This document shows positions 12,376 through 25,100 of a stretch of DNA of 60,058 nt, one piece after another. Both the position numbers and the translations under genes were made by a program. The stretch covers positions 114,835 to 174,892 of the forward strand of contig NW_014577091.1 in NCBI RefSeq assembly GCF_000485595.1, read 5' to 3'. Each line of letters begins with the position of its first letter. The stretch's first letter is position 1. A model generated the notes under the pieces. The model had not been told where the DNA came from and did no database searches. It saw only the letters and a list, made by a program, of their open reading frames with translations. The DNA comes from Priapulus caudatus. Its lineage: Eukaryota.

Positions 12376-15300
12376 ATGGGTGCAATGCCAAGTATAGAGG
12401 GTAAGTGTCACTGCGACCACTGTCTCAAGAACTCAGTAGTATTAGTAGAGAGGCCCTCACTTGGTCACTGATTGTATCTTGTAGTTGTAAGTTGTATAGA
12501 TCTTCAATCTTGTATCTTCAATCTTGGACTTGGGGTCCCTCTCTTGTATTTCACGACACAAGGCACTGATTCTCTCTTTGGAATGTGCGGGGAATTTATT
12601 TGTATTCTTCTTATTCTTTCTTATATTCTTATTCCTTCTTATTTCTTATTCTTATAGTTATATTCTTATTCCTTCTTCTTATTTCTTATTCTTATTCCTT
12701 CTTCTTATTTCTTATTCTTATTTCTTCTTCTTATTTCTTATTCCTTCTTCTTTATTTCGTATTCTTATTCCTTCTTCTTATTAGCTCATCTGACATATGA
12801 TGTATATCTGTATTATGATGTTTTTATTAGCCTAGGAATTTGTTTTATCGTAGTTTGTAGCATATTTGCCTGTATGATCCACGATTATCTGTGCAATAAA
12901 CTTTATTTGAATTTGAATTTGAATTTTGACATAGTCAGATGCAGCTTGTAGAATCGGTCCGTCAACAGTTGGGCACAAATCTTAACCGCTTGACGTACGG
13001 TCACGATATTCGGGACGTCGGGGGGGGGGGGGGATCGTCAAAACGAGTTGGGCTGTCGAAGCTGGTGGTCAAAGGTCAAAGGTCAAGAGGTGTAAAAGAA
13101 GGGGGAACATTCTCTCCTTAACTTAAGGTATAGGGCTGAAATGCAGAATTGCGGCACAAATCTAAACGGCTCGACCTAAGCTCGTGATCGTCGGTGTATA
13201 GCATCATGGTANNNNNNNNNNNNNNNNNNNNNNNNNTCCACCCGCCCCCTCCCCCACCTCATAGTGAGGCCAGTTTGAGTTACCTAAAGGCTAAAGCCAA
13301 GATTTTTATTTTGCCAGTTAGGTTAATTTTTATTATACCACAGCTACGTGCTACAGTGTAGCTCAACAATGACAACTTACAAAAAATATTCTCCACTAGG
13401 TTCCTTCATACTTTTCTGTATTGCCCAGTGGCAGAGGGAATGGCTACATGGGTTGAGCAGAGAGCTAGTGAAACACTTACTTAGTAGATGTACTAATGAA
13501 GTTCAATGAAATTATTATCAAACAATCCCTAGACAGATACAAATTCACCAGAGTCATGTAGCATCAAACTTGGTGCCTGCATGGATAAGTGCCATGGAGA
13601 GGTGGCGATTCCTATATGGCTGACAGAGGAACCGGTCTGATGGGCCATGGTCTTGCTGGGAATATATACCCTGATTGGGAAAACCAATAAACCTGTCAAT
13701 CAACTATCCTTTGGCAGTCCTCGCCAAAAGCGTCGGACCGTCGGACAAAACCGGTGATTTTTGCACGGGTCCGACAAGAAATTTGGCTTTACCAGACCGT
13801 TTGTCAGGTAACATTACATCAACTAATTACGCAGAGGCTACGGGTACGTCAGTACCACAAACTATGCCTAACCCTAATATCCCTGCCTATTGCTGTCTTA
13901 TATATGCGTGTACCAAATTAATCTATGGTGTGGGAAAGCGATAGGAAGAGATTAGCTGTTATATGATAAAAGATAAGAAAATGATGACATGCGACGTGTG
14001 TGTGTGAACTATCATGGGAAGTTTATATTACTATCACTGATTATACCTGGATCACACAACTGGACAAGGCCAAAGGCCTAGAAATAGGTGCAACCTACAT
14101 TAATGACAAAGCTGGCAAGCAATGCATTGCTGATTGTATGCGTCACGAAATGGATGAAAAAATAAACGATGCTAGATTTTTCAGCTTTATCATGGACGGG
14201 TCAACAGACATAGCTGGTGATGAGCAGGAAAGCATATATATCAATTATATGTTAGATATGTCCACAGAGGAAAAGCAACAGAGATGTGAATGTGTTTTAA
14301 TGTTTCAATATTTTTTTGGTCCAGTAACATATCATTCGGTCTGGTAAAAATCTATTTTTTACTGGACCGAATGTCCAGTAAAGGATTTTGTCTTTTGGCG
14401 AGGACTGCTTTGGTATGAAATCAGTCCGTCACAATGAATACACATTGGCGATTCTGTGTCTGCATATTCAATAATATCATGTATGACAAGTACCTACCCA
14501 TCCCGCACTCTATCTGGCATCCAAAAAGTTTAAAATTCCCAAGGCCGAGGAAGAAGTCAATCTGGTTGACATCTTTCCTGCTATATAGGTTAGACTATCT
14601 ATAGCTAAGTATCTAGATGAGTACACACTCATCACGATTTTTGGGCGCGCCTGACAAATTATGTATATATTATTATTTTATCTATAGCTGGGCCTATTAT
14701 TCGGACAATTTGATGATTTAGTTGGATGACTTGGTCCATTACCTGCTATTCTTGATCCTAAGACATGTTAGATTTGCGTCCAAGCAGTGCCGTTTATCCT
14801 ACCACCTGCCACATTTCTCATAGTAGTAGTGTGTGAGGTCTCTTAATCCAGTAGCGGTAAAGTACCAGCAAGTGATTTCATAAAACACAAATATCTATAC
14901 TGGTGTGCTATTATGTAGTAGGGTTATTCTAAGTTAATGGTGATAATATATTATAAGTGGTGATATAAGTTCATTGACCAATATTTCTTTTGATATATAT
15001 ATATATATATATATACTGCTATATTAGTATCTGTACATTTTCTCTATCTTTAAAGTTTTTTTGTCATATGATATAGAACCATCAAAATGTCTTCTATATC
15101 GTGAGATGTCTGCTTCATGGTAAGCCAAGAAGTTAGCTTGACTCCTCTACCTTCATGTATCTATAATTATACCCGCATATTTCAATTAATTTCTTTGCAG
15201 GTTGTTACACTGTTTTACAAGCAGTACTATATTTTACAGCAGTCAAGCACAGTGTTTTTTTCCATTTCAGATACAATATTCCAGCTTCGGGTAATGACAC

Positions 15301-17459
15301 GTATATATTGTTAATAAAATTCCAAAAAATTACTTGTTCATTAAGTTTATTAAGTATAAGTTACTCCTGTCTAACTATATCCTTTTTCTCAATTATTATA
15401 ATTCATTACATAGAGTCTATGCATATGTTCATGGTAACGTTGATGTGATAGTTATGGATATCCCTTAAATATTTTGGAAGTTCGTTCTTCAAATTTCAAA
15501 TGCAGAAGTATGTTGGCTCTCTAATCGTTTCACAATTAAATCACAATTAAATCACAAAAATGGGTGTGTCATAAATTCAGTTTACAGTGAAGCAACTGGA
15601 GCGATTATCACGAAAAGCGGAAAAGGACCAGAAAGCTCAGACTAACAAGATCAAGAAGGTATTTGTACTAGAAAACTATTTCACTAGAGTATAATGGCAG
15701 CACTACAATTATGTATTTTACTTAAATGGAATCTATCAGGAATCCATTTAAATCTAAAATGCTATTTGAAATTGTTTACTACATAGTTTTATCACACTAT
15801 AACTGTCCATAAGATATTCTACTAATGATACTCATATGTTATACTTCCTTTAAATGATTATAATAAATTTTACCCATGATTAGGAGAATCATCCTTCAGT
15901 ATTAACAGGTATATAAGAAATTTCTTGAATCGCTATGTGATATAGTAACCGTATGCAACATAACTACACGTAGGCTTTGCAATGTCTTCCACAGTCTCTG
16001 CAGCAGGGAAATGTTGAAGGTGCTAAGATCTATGCTGAGAATGCCATTAGGAAAAAGAATGAGAGCCTCAATTACCTGCGCATGGCAGCTAGGGTAGATG
16101 GCGTGTCGTCAAAGGTGCAGTCTGCAGCTACCATGAAGCAGGTAACAGAAAACACTCTAACTGTGAACATTGCATTCAGTTTATGCGATCGAAAATCGAT
16201 TCCACGATTATGGAAATTACGAGGATAATTTTTTACAGGACTTTTTAGATATATGGTAGAATGCATAACACTTCATTAGTTGCTCTACAGCACTGGCTGA
16301 CACTTAGGGGGAGTATGGGTTTATTCAGGGTTTATAATTTAATGGTGGTGCATCACACACACACCCACACCAGAAGACAATGTGCAGACTTTGTTGTAAG
16401 AACACACAAGTAAGTGGAAATCTCTGTACATTGCAGGTGGCTAAAAATATGGAAGGAGTCACGAAAGCACTGGATAAGGCCATGAAGTCGATGGACTTGG
16501 AAAAAGTCTCCAAAGTGATGGAGAAATTTGAAGGCACCTTTGAAGACTTGGATGTCAGAACTAGTGTATGTACCTGAACCTGTTACATGTCACATGACTA
16601 TGCAAATGAGTGAAAATTATATTAATATTACAGTAAAAATTGAGATGTGTAAAGGACATACTAAAAGAGTGTGCTGAGGGTATCTCATATAATGTTTGGC
16701 CCAAGTTAATAGCTTCAAAGGCAAGGAAATAATTGTGACTGCTGCTAAAGTGAGTGGACTGTTGATACTACAAAAGGCCTAAGAGTAATTTATATAATAT
16801 TTAGCCTGATTAAGGATTGAACTGGTAAGATAATTTACTACAGATAAAATAAGGAGGAAGGGAAGATTATTGATATTGAAAGGCTGCACATACAATGAAG
16901 GACGAAGTGATTATTACATAAACGCGACGACTTGATTAAAGCATAATCAGGCAGACGTACTTGGAGTTGTCTCTGTGCAGGACATGAAATAACCTGATGT
17001 AATGTTGGCCTGGTTATATATAATGATATAATATTTGGCCTGATTAAGGGTAATTTTACTAAGAAGTCGTTTAGTCACACGCGACTAACTTGGAGTTGTT
17101 TGTGTGCAGGTCATGAAATAACCTGATGTAGTGTTGGCCTGGTTATGTATAATGATATAATATTTGGCCCGATTAAAGATAACTTTACTCAGAAGTCGTT
17201 ACGTCGCACGCGACTAACTAGGAGTTGTGTGCGTGCGCAGGTCATGGAGGACTCGATGAGCACGGCGACCACGCTGTCGACGCCGATGGACCAGGTTAGC
17301 GCCCTCATTCAGCAGGTGGCCGATGAGAATGGCCTCGAGGTGATGAACCAGCTGCAGGACGTGACGCCGGGAACCTCGCTGCCAGCAGAGCGCGCTGCCG
17401 AGCGCTCGCAGGCTGAGGATGACCAGCTGAGCAGACGACTGGCTGAACTCAGGGACTGA
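12376..17459 (+). CDS. CHMP1A: Charged multivesicular body protein 1A (ESCRT-III), complete, 6 exons
   Basis: Exons 12376-12400 (least certain; an in-frame ATG at 12385 is an alternative start), 15271-15290, 15581-15658, 15995-16141, 16437-16565 and 17241-17459 (TGA). Protein [86 protein letters not shown]. The short first exon plus 20-nt second exon matches the human CHMP1A layout as I recall it. Confidence 0.93.
12596..12782. repeat. (TTCTTA/TTC)n degenerate microsatellite
   Basis: Pyrimidine-rich simple repeat abutting the end of the reverse HINE-like copy; source of spurious F/L/S/Y-rich ORFs. Confidence 0.9.
12782..13211 (-). mobile_element. Reverse copy of the HINE-like element (3' part), interrupted by a retroposon tail and truncated by an N-gap
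   Basis: Reverse complement of ~4470-4777. The terminal hairpin is split by the insertion at 12798-12926. Confidence 0.7.
12798..12926 (+). mobile_element. 5'-truncated non-LTR retroposon 3' end
   Basis: Ends AATAAA plus a (TTTGAA)3 tail; flanked by the 7-bp direct repeat TGACATA (12791-12797, 12927-12933). Confidence 0.65.
13715..14407 (+). mobile_element. Internally deleted hAT transposon with transposase remnant, 6-bp TSD
   Basis: Perfect 16-bp TIR CAGTCCTCGCCAAAAG with CTTTGG on both flanks. Internal ORF 14000-14347 reads [34 protein letters not shown], resembling the first catalytic-Asp region of hAT (ZNF862/KIAA1586-type) transposases. Confidence 0.85.
16921..17246 (+). repeat. ~130-bp tandem repeat (about 2.5 units) spanning the CHMP1A last-exon acceptor
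   Basis: The unit end GGAGTTGT..TGTGCAG|G(A/T)CATG recurs with the acceptor G at 16980, 17109 and 17240. Confidence 0.85.
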
Positions 17460-18775
17460 GAATGCCATCTGGTGGTGGTTTCGTTGTACATACTGATGGA
17501 TCGCTGAGTTGAAAAGCCATTCGGAATCACTGGAGCTCTGCTAGGCGCAGATTCACATTGTTTAACCATGCTTATAAAGTTAACGTATCAGCTCTGTTTT
17601 GGATGGAAACGGTCTCTGCGCTTTGGCCGGTCTGAGACTATGCGTGATTTGAAGTGATTTCGCTGTGGTTCCAAAAAAAATTTGCGAGTCAATAGACTTC
17701 TAGACAATCCAATCTCCCTTGTGTGAGAAATAATTCTGGTGTTTTATTCGATCGTCTTAATGTGTAACGAAATGGCGAGCTTACATTTACGCGGTGTTGA
17801 ACAACTGTTTAGAAATTATAAGCAGCAAGAACATTGTTATTATCGAACCAGTTTTAAGATCATTAGTTAAAAAGCTTATGTAATGTGGAAATATATTGTT
17901 GAAGCTTCATTTTTTCATTAGAATCACAAATGTGCATTGTGGAAGTGTTCAATATATTCACACCTCTAAACATACTGTACCATGGTCATGCATATACGTA
18001 TATCATGTATAATTAAGTCTTAAAAGCAGCTTAACAGCAAAGAAACTCCTATTACAGCTTGGCGCATACTTGATGTTGACATAATGGCTTCAGTGTTTTA
18101 CACTCGCCTAAATAATTCAGGACCATTTATTCATTCATCATTACTGCATCTGCTAGTATAATATTATCTCGGTGAACGGGATCGCATGTCACAGTAAAAG
18201 TACGGTGTTCATTTTAATCATCTTGATTGCTCTATGCACATCAATATCACAACTAAATCAACACACTGCAGGTGCTTTGCGAAAATGGATTAATAGTACC
18301 CTAGTAATGCTGTCCATATGTGTAACATTAACATTACCAATGTACATCGTTGCATATCAAATTTATTATGGATAGGCTTTAGATATATTTTAGACTACAA
18401 TTCAATAGGTCCAGTAGTTAGGAAAATTTTTTCTACACCTATTTCGTTTATCAATGTATAAATTTCCAAGAAAAACAATTGGTGATTTAACAATTAGTTT
18501 CCTCTGTTATTTAGCGACATTTAACGTATGCCCTGTGATTGGTATAGATTTTTTATTAATTATTTATGATTTGCCAAAGTCTGTATAATGTAAACTGGTT
18601 AGTGACTGCTGCCAAATCCGAATATACTATTTAAGTACATTAAACTGGATTAAATATGTAGTGCTGTATGCTCTCAGTCTGTGATATTACCATGTGTTAT
18701 ATCCTATTTCCTTTGTCTCTTAGCGCTACACAAAAGCCTGTTAAGACGAGTATATGTGAAACTGCTCAGCTACAC

Positions 18776-18793
18776 TTTATTTTATAAAATAAA
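18776..18793. terminator. Palindromic bidirectional polyadenylation signal between convergent CHMP1A and DHX35
   Basis: TTTATTTTATAAAATAAA is a perfect 18-bp palindrome: AATAAA on + at 18788-18793 and on - at 18776-18781. Confidence 0.5.
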
Positions 18794-19112
18794 TAATTGT
18801 ATATCATAATATTTTGACTCGTGTTCCACTTTTGGTAACACTGTCTGCTTCATTACCGATATTAGCGTCATGCCACGACAACTTACTCTCATCTCGTGGA
18901 GAAGCGCAAACATCTGTGTTGAATCACAAAAAGAATCAGAAGTGCAATAATAGCTGTCTCCTCTCAATAAGTAGTAATTGTCAGTAGTCTGCAGCAAATG
19001 TGTTGCCAGCAACCAACAGTCTTTGTTGTTGACAGTGGCCAACAATGTGTTTTGAATGACCGACATATAGTGTTGACAGCAACCAACGTCTCATGTCACG
19101 CACCCAAGAACA

Positions 19113-22100
19113 TCACGTCCCGGTCTTCATTCTCTTTGCAGCTATCTCTCTCTCCTACAAACGAAAATGTTTCTGTCATTGAAGAGTCAGTATTCAGTAG
19201 GCTTGGTCCAGACAAAGGTTTACTCAGTTACACTAGAACAGCAGCTTGTGCCTGAAGGGAGACTGGAAGGATTGTACGTACTGTGCCGTATTGATAGTAG
19301 TGAGGTGCGAGCTCATACAGCCACCGCGGGTCGATTGCCGTCACATTCCTCATGTATGCACGAGATGTCAGTAGCACCTCGTTGAACATCACCCTGCAAA
19401 CAGGACAAATCATATGCATGTAATCATAGGTAATATATATATATATAGGTTATAATGGTATAATACATAATATCAGTCATGGGGAGAACGAGGGTGAAAC
19501 CGGTAAACAAGGATAATAAAGAATTAAACAGGTAGGTTCACAGCAACATGAAATAGTCAGTAAACTACAGTGACACAGTTGCTAGTGACGTGAGGTCGCT
19601 CGCATAAATAACAACAGCAATTATTCTTCAATCGAACCTCAAAATGCTGCAAATTTCTGCCAACCAAACAGTCACAAGCTACATAGTGATGGCCTTGTGT
19701 CCCATCGGGGGACCAAGAGGATAAGAAGAAGAAGAAAGAACAGTCACAATTTCCTAAAAAGGTTCATCAGCATTTTCGTACAGTAGAGTACGTAGAATTA
19801 GATCGAGCCGCCATGCAACGTGTGGACTATGATTGTCGTACCACTGAGCAGGCTTCAGCGCGTACAGCACTGAGCTCGGGTGCACGTGTATGGGGAGGTC
19901 ATCCTTCACTGTTCGGTATTCTCCCGTGTAGTGCAGTCGTGCAGCGTTAGCAAAGAATCCTGCTGCGATGCATCGGCATATCCTGTCCGCATCTCCTGCG
20001 AGTTTCAACAGCAGTTTAATACTCTCGCAGCCAGTGTTGGGTTTGAGTAGGCAGATGCGTGACTCTCGTTACAATCACAACTTTGGTTAGTTGTCTACGA
20101 GTTTACTGAGCTGGGGTGCTCACCTAGTTAACTATACAGAACACAAGGTTGCAGAGAAGATATGTGAGGTACGAAACATTCGCTCTGAACAACGAAACGA
20201 TGTTTATTGATCCCCCGCAATTAATTTTGGATTGTTAAGGTGTCAGAACTAATCAATGCAATTATGACTGGGATCAGGATGAAAGAAACATGCTAACATT
20301 GTGATTGCCTTTAACAACCTACCACACATCTCTCACCATATCTACCAATAGAGTGATTAGTGATCAGATAATTATGATCATAGGGACACCGCAGAACTCA
20401 ATACCTTCTGCTGAAACCAAAGGTATTTCGAATCTTTGTAGAAGACCTTTTAGTTGGTTACGAACGTCCACCACTCGCATCAAGCCTTTATAGTTGAGGT
20501 AGTTTTCGTGGCACCACCGTGCACTCTTCTTTTTCTACACAGCGAGTATGGAAAATGAACTTAATTAAACCAATAGTTGAAAATTTCACAACCAGTTTAT
20601 AGGTTAGAAATATTACGCTGTAATGGAGCATCTCGACCGCAAGAGATCATCATAAACTCTAAGTTTATGCTAAGCCCACCAACTTTGAAAACGGATTTGA
20701 GTGAGCGGGTTTGGCGACGTAAATGGAAAGGTCTCAGTCTGTGTAAATCTATTATATGCATTAACTATTTAATTCTCAGTTCAGTGCCATGACAATCAAC
20801 CCCATTTAATTGGACACTCCTCCTCCTGCCTTGCCTTCATGACTTGTATTCAGACTGTAGCTCTCTTACATAGTCAACAATGCGACACTTCACACTATCT
20901 GAACACACATAACATGAAAACATAGAGTGGTAATTAAAATATTCCTCATACTCTAAGCTAAGTTGTGCCATACCTTGATGAATGATTCGTATACATTAAG
21001 AAGCGTGAGATGATCACCCTCTTCTACCGAGAATTGGTACTTTGCTCTATCCTGATGTAAAATGAAATCTCACACATGAAATAAAAAATACTTATACAGT
21101 TAGGTACATACATCAACCGCACGTTATGTGGCAATATCAAAAGCTTGGTAACTGGAACTTATGGCTTGAGCACTGGCAGATGGAGCCTTTACTAAGGCAT
21201 TTGTGTCTAAATACACATTCAGTTAAACGTTTTACAGACTTGCATCACTCACCGCTTTAGCCTTGCCAATAGAGGGCGTAGTGAACACGCATTCAATGTT
21301 CAGCATGGCTGCTATGCTGAGAATTTCCTCTGAGCATTCGAATTTCCCTGCAAGTGAAAAAAACCTCTGACATATGGCATGGCATATACACCAAACCTAC
21401 TAAGTAATTCTTCACCTGTTTGATAAGCTGAAATGCCCGTTTTCCTCTGTATGGTGCACACTGCACCCTGTGCATTTGACCAAATGTACAATCGTAAAAC
21501 ACAAATCACCAATCGTAAATCTTTGTACGATTGCAACAGCTATTAACGCGAATTTGCTGCCTCACTCTTGCTGTCACAACGAACGAACAACTGTTACTCA
21601 CCAGACTCCAGTAACATTTTGGCAAACATTGGCTCCAAAGGGAACTCAGCCATCTGCTGGCCGAGTTGTTCTGTGAGCTTGCCATCCACGTCTATGGCCC
21701 CGAGTGCATACAGGAGATCCAACGCTCTAGACATGTTCTGTGCTGGTGGCTTCTGTAAAACGACACGTAAGAAGAACTCGCTCGAAATTATGGACGAATC
21801 GTGGCGCAACCGCACATCATATGCCACGTCGATAACGCATCACGTGTAAGATCCCCAACAACTTTCAGATGGAAATAATTAACACCAATCACTCTTGTCA
21901 TGTTCTGCTTGGTACATACTCAGTATTACTGTCAAATCTTATATAACGGCACTCAAGGGAAATGCTGGAAACGTACTTTATAGACAGTTGCCTGGTGAAT
22001 AGAGGTCAGAACTAACTATAGAAATATATAGAGACACAAGTCTAACTACTATATTGTTTCTATAGAACCAACACAGGATTCACTGTATCTATATACCACA

Positions 22101-25100
22101 AAAGTATATGACAAAAGTATTATATATATAATGCAGTGATGGTGTCACGATAAAAATACCCGCCCGGGAGGACGGCGAACCCGGACTAGTATAGCCTTGT
22201 AAAGAACAAAATGTTCCTGACTCAAGGAAGCATCATGGCCACCTTGGTCGACGAAAATAAATGAAATAAATGAAATAATAAAATATATATAAATACATAA
22301 TATAAAGTGCCATCATAGAACAATTAATAAAGAAGGCACACGTAAAGCAGAGATTTGAATGGTGCACATATCTACAAACTATCCCATGCAAGTTCAACTA
22401 GTTTATCATTTGATGCCATATAAGGCTATAAGGTTAGCGACGAAATACAATCAAAGAACAGTGAGCATCAGAAAAAGGCATCGGGTAAAGTTAACGCGTG
22501 TCCCGAATTCTATTTCCCCTCGCGCTGACCTGCCGGCGTGCGCGCGTCAGCGTTGACGACGCTCGCGACGACGTACCGAGAGGAAGTTGAAGCGCAGTAC
22601 ATTGGAGACTCCGAGAGCCTTCAACAGGAGGAGGACGGTGGAGAGGTCGCTGCGCTGCATCTCCGGCACTGTCGCCGCAGGAAGCTTCGCGTGCTCCTCC
22701 TCTAAACGACAGAGGCAAAGACTTCTCGTACAACATAGTCGCGAACGCGAAAGGTTACAAATAGCAACAACAATGCAACACAATAAAAGTGTGTAATCCC
22801 AAAAACAACAACGTAAAAACAGTTAAACAATCACTGTATTTTACATTGCATGGAGTGTTACGTGAATGGCCCGACTAGGCCACGGTATGTTTATTTAGTT
22901 TATGTGCTTACCAACAGATGGCGTAATTAGTCAAGACACGGATAAGACGAGGAGTCGCTATTTCTGCTGAGATTATAGTTTGCAACTTAATAAACCTGTA
23001 TGTCTGAATAGACGTACACACCCCCTGTTCTGTTTGCCTTACTGAGTGCGAGTCACGAAACATGGAAGAGTAGGCTGCGATAATGCGACAGAAGATAAGT
23101 GTAACACACCTGGATAGAGCCGGTAAGACTTGCCTGACCGGACCCTGCCTGCCCTGCCACTGCGCTGCTCAGCTGATGCCTGTGAGACTGGCACCACCAC
23201 CAGGCAGTCGCTACCAGTGTCGGGGTTAAACGCTCGCAACTTCACGAAACCACAGTCTATCACTGAAACAACAGAGCATCACCATGATCACTAAAAACGT
23301 CAACACGTAATGCGTTAGACATGAAATAGATAACTAGACTACATAGTTGCATTTCGTTGCACTGACCTAGTGTTTTAACATGAACTTGTGTACATTCAGT
23401 ATACATAGTTTATAGAATTAAATAAACCAAAGAAGCATCTTAGATGGAAATCAATGCATAATATCACGAACACACGTATAGAATATAAAATGCTATACTC
23501 GTGTTCACGGTAATACTAATATATATTATCATATAATATATTTCTACACACCATAGGTGATTCCATTGATGGTGATTGAAGCTTCAGCTATGTTTGTTGC
23601 AATGACGACCTTGCGCGTCTTTTCCGGTGTCCGCTGAAACACCTTTAGCTGTTCTTTTGCCGTGAGGCTCGCATACATTGGCAGTACGAGTAGTTGCATG
23701 GTCACCCTTTGCATGCTCTCAGCTGCTTCTCTATAGGGAAACAGGAGCACTGTCTTTGTAACAACTTAATTACAACCATAAAGTAGAATTCTTAAACGAC
23801 CCACTGATGCAACTTGCTTTTTTACTCTGAAATGGCATTTATTTTAAACCTTTTTACATATAATATAGACCGTAATTGGACCAAACTTATATAGTATCGT
23901 ATTTGTAAGTTGTATGTAAAAATTGTAATTTGGATTTGGATTAAGTGTTAGTGTTTTTATTGTAACATGGTGGGTGACAGTGTTACAATTTTTTTTTCAC
24001 ATTTTAAGATTCATTTTTGCTATGTTAATCCTCTTACCTGACCAAGGCACACACATGTTCAACTTCTTCCTGCCCGGTGAGAAAGGCTAGGATGTCTCCA
24101 GGCTTTTCATGTTTGTGGATCTTTAGTATTGTTTCCATTGTTGCCTTCACATAATCGGGTACAGGGCTATAAGCAGGATAACAGCTTATCAGTTGATGCC
24201 TATTGCCAATACTTAAACTACTCCCTCTGTGTAAACTAACATTGTTGCAAGTGTTGCATAACCAGATATGAAGGTCCATTTATCATTTGATTGTGCAGGT
24301 GAAAAAATGACGTAAAAGGCAACAGATAACTTGTTGATGTTTGAAAATACTTTTTTATAACTTGATAAGGAATACTCACATAGATATATTCAGGAGTTAA
24401 TGAGACAAACTCCTCTCATTTGTCTCATTAACTCCTGATATATTGCAAGAAGATCGGGGATATATATGCTCGTACACACACATATGATAATAAGACATAT
24501 TGTTTTTCACCAGCTCAGTAATTATATAATCACCTGCTAATATAAAATACATCTACTGGAAATGCTCTGCCCTCAATGGTTATAATAGTTGCAATTTCTT
24601 CACTTTTTCCCTTGGAATCGTCTTGGTTGAAAAAATCCCTGACAGCCTACATAAACAGAAATCATATACTACAATGAATACTTATATTACTGTAACAATA
24701 CGACGATGGTACGCTGTCCATATTTCTATTAGCATGTATGTATATATCAGGAGTAGATAATAGGGAAAATACCCTATTATCTACTCCTGGTATATATGTA
24801 TATATTTGCTGGTGATATTTGCCAACAGGTGGTAGCACCATTGATATAGTTGTAATCACAATATGCTAAGGATCTTTAACAATAATAATAACCATTATTT
24901 TAAGATACAGGTTACAATTAGAGTTATGATAAGGTGTTGGAATTGTTCATCTCAAAAACGTTCCTGAGTCATACCATATAGAGTTATACAGAGTTATACC
25001 TTATAGTCATGAGGTATAATCATTTGCTGGTAATATTTCCCAACAGGTGGTAGCACCATTCACAGTAGTTACATTAGGTCAGGTAGGTCACATATATTAA

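Noticed and set aside
22856..23020. Possible solo LTR (TGTTACG..AATAAA..CGTACACA)
   Set aside because: Termini are imperfect, there is no matching TSD, and no second copy in the window.
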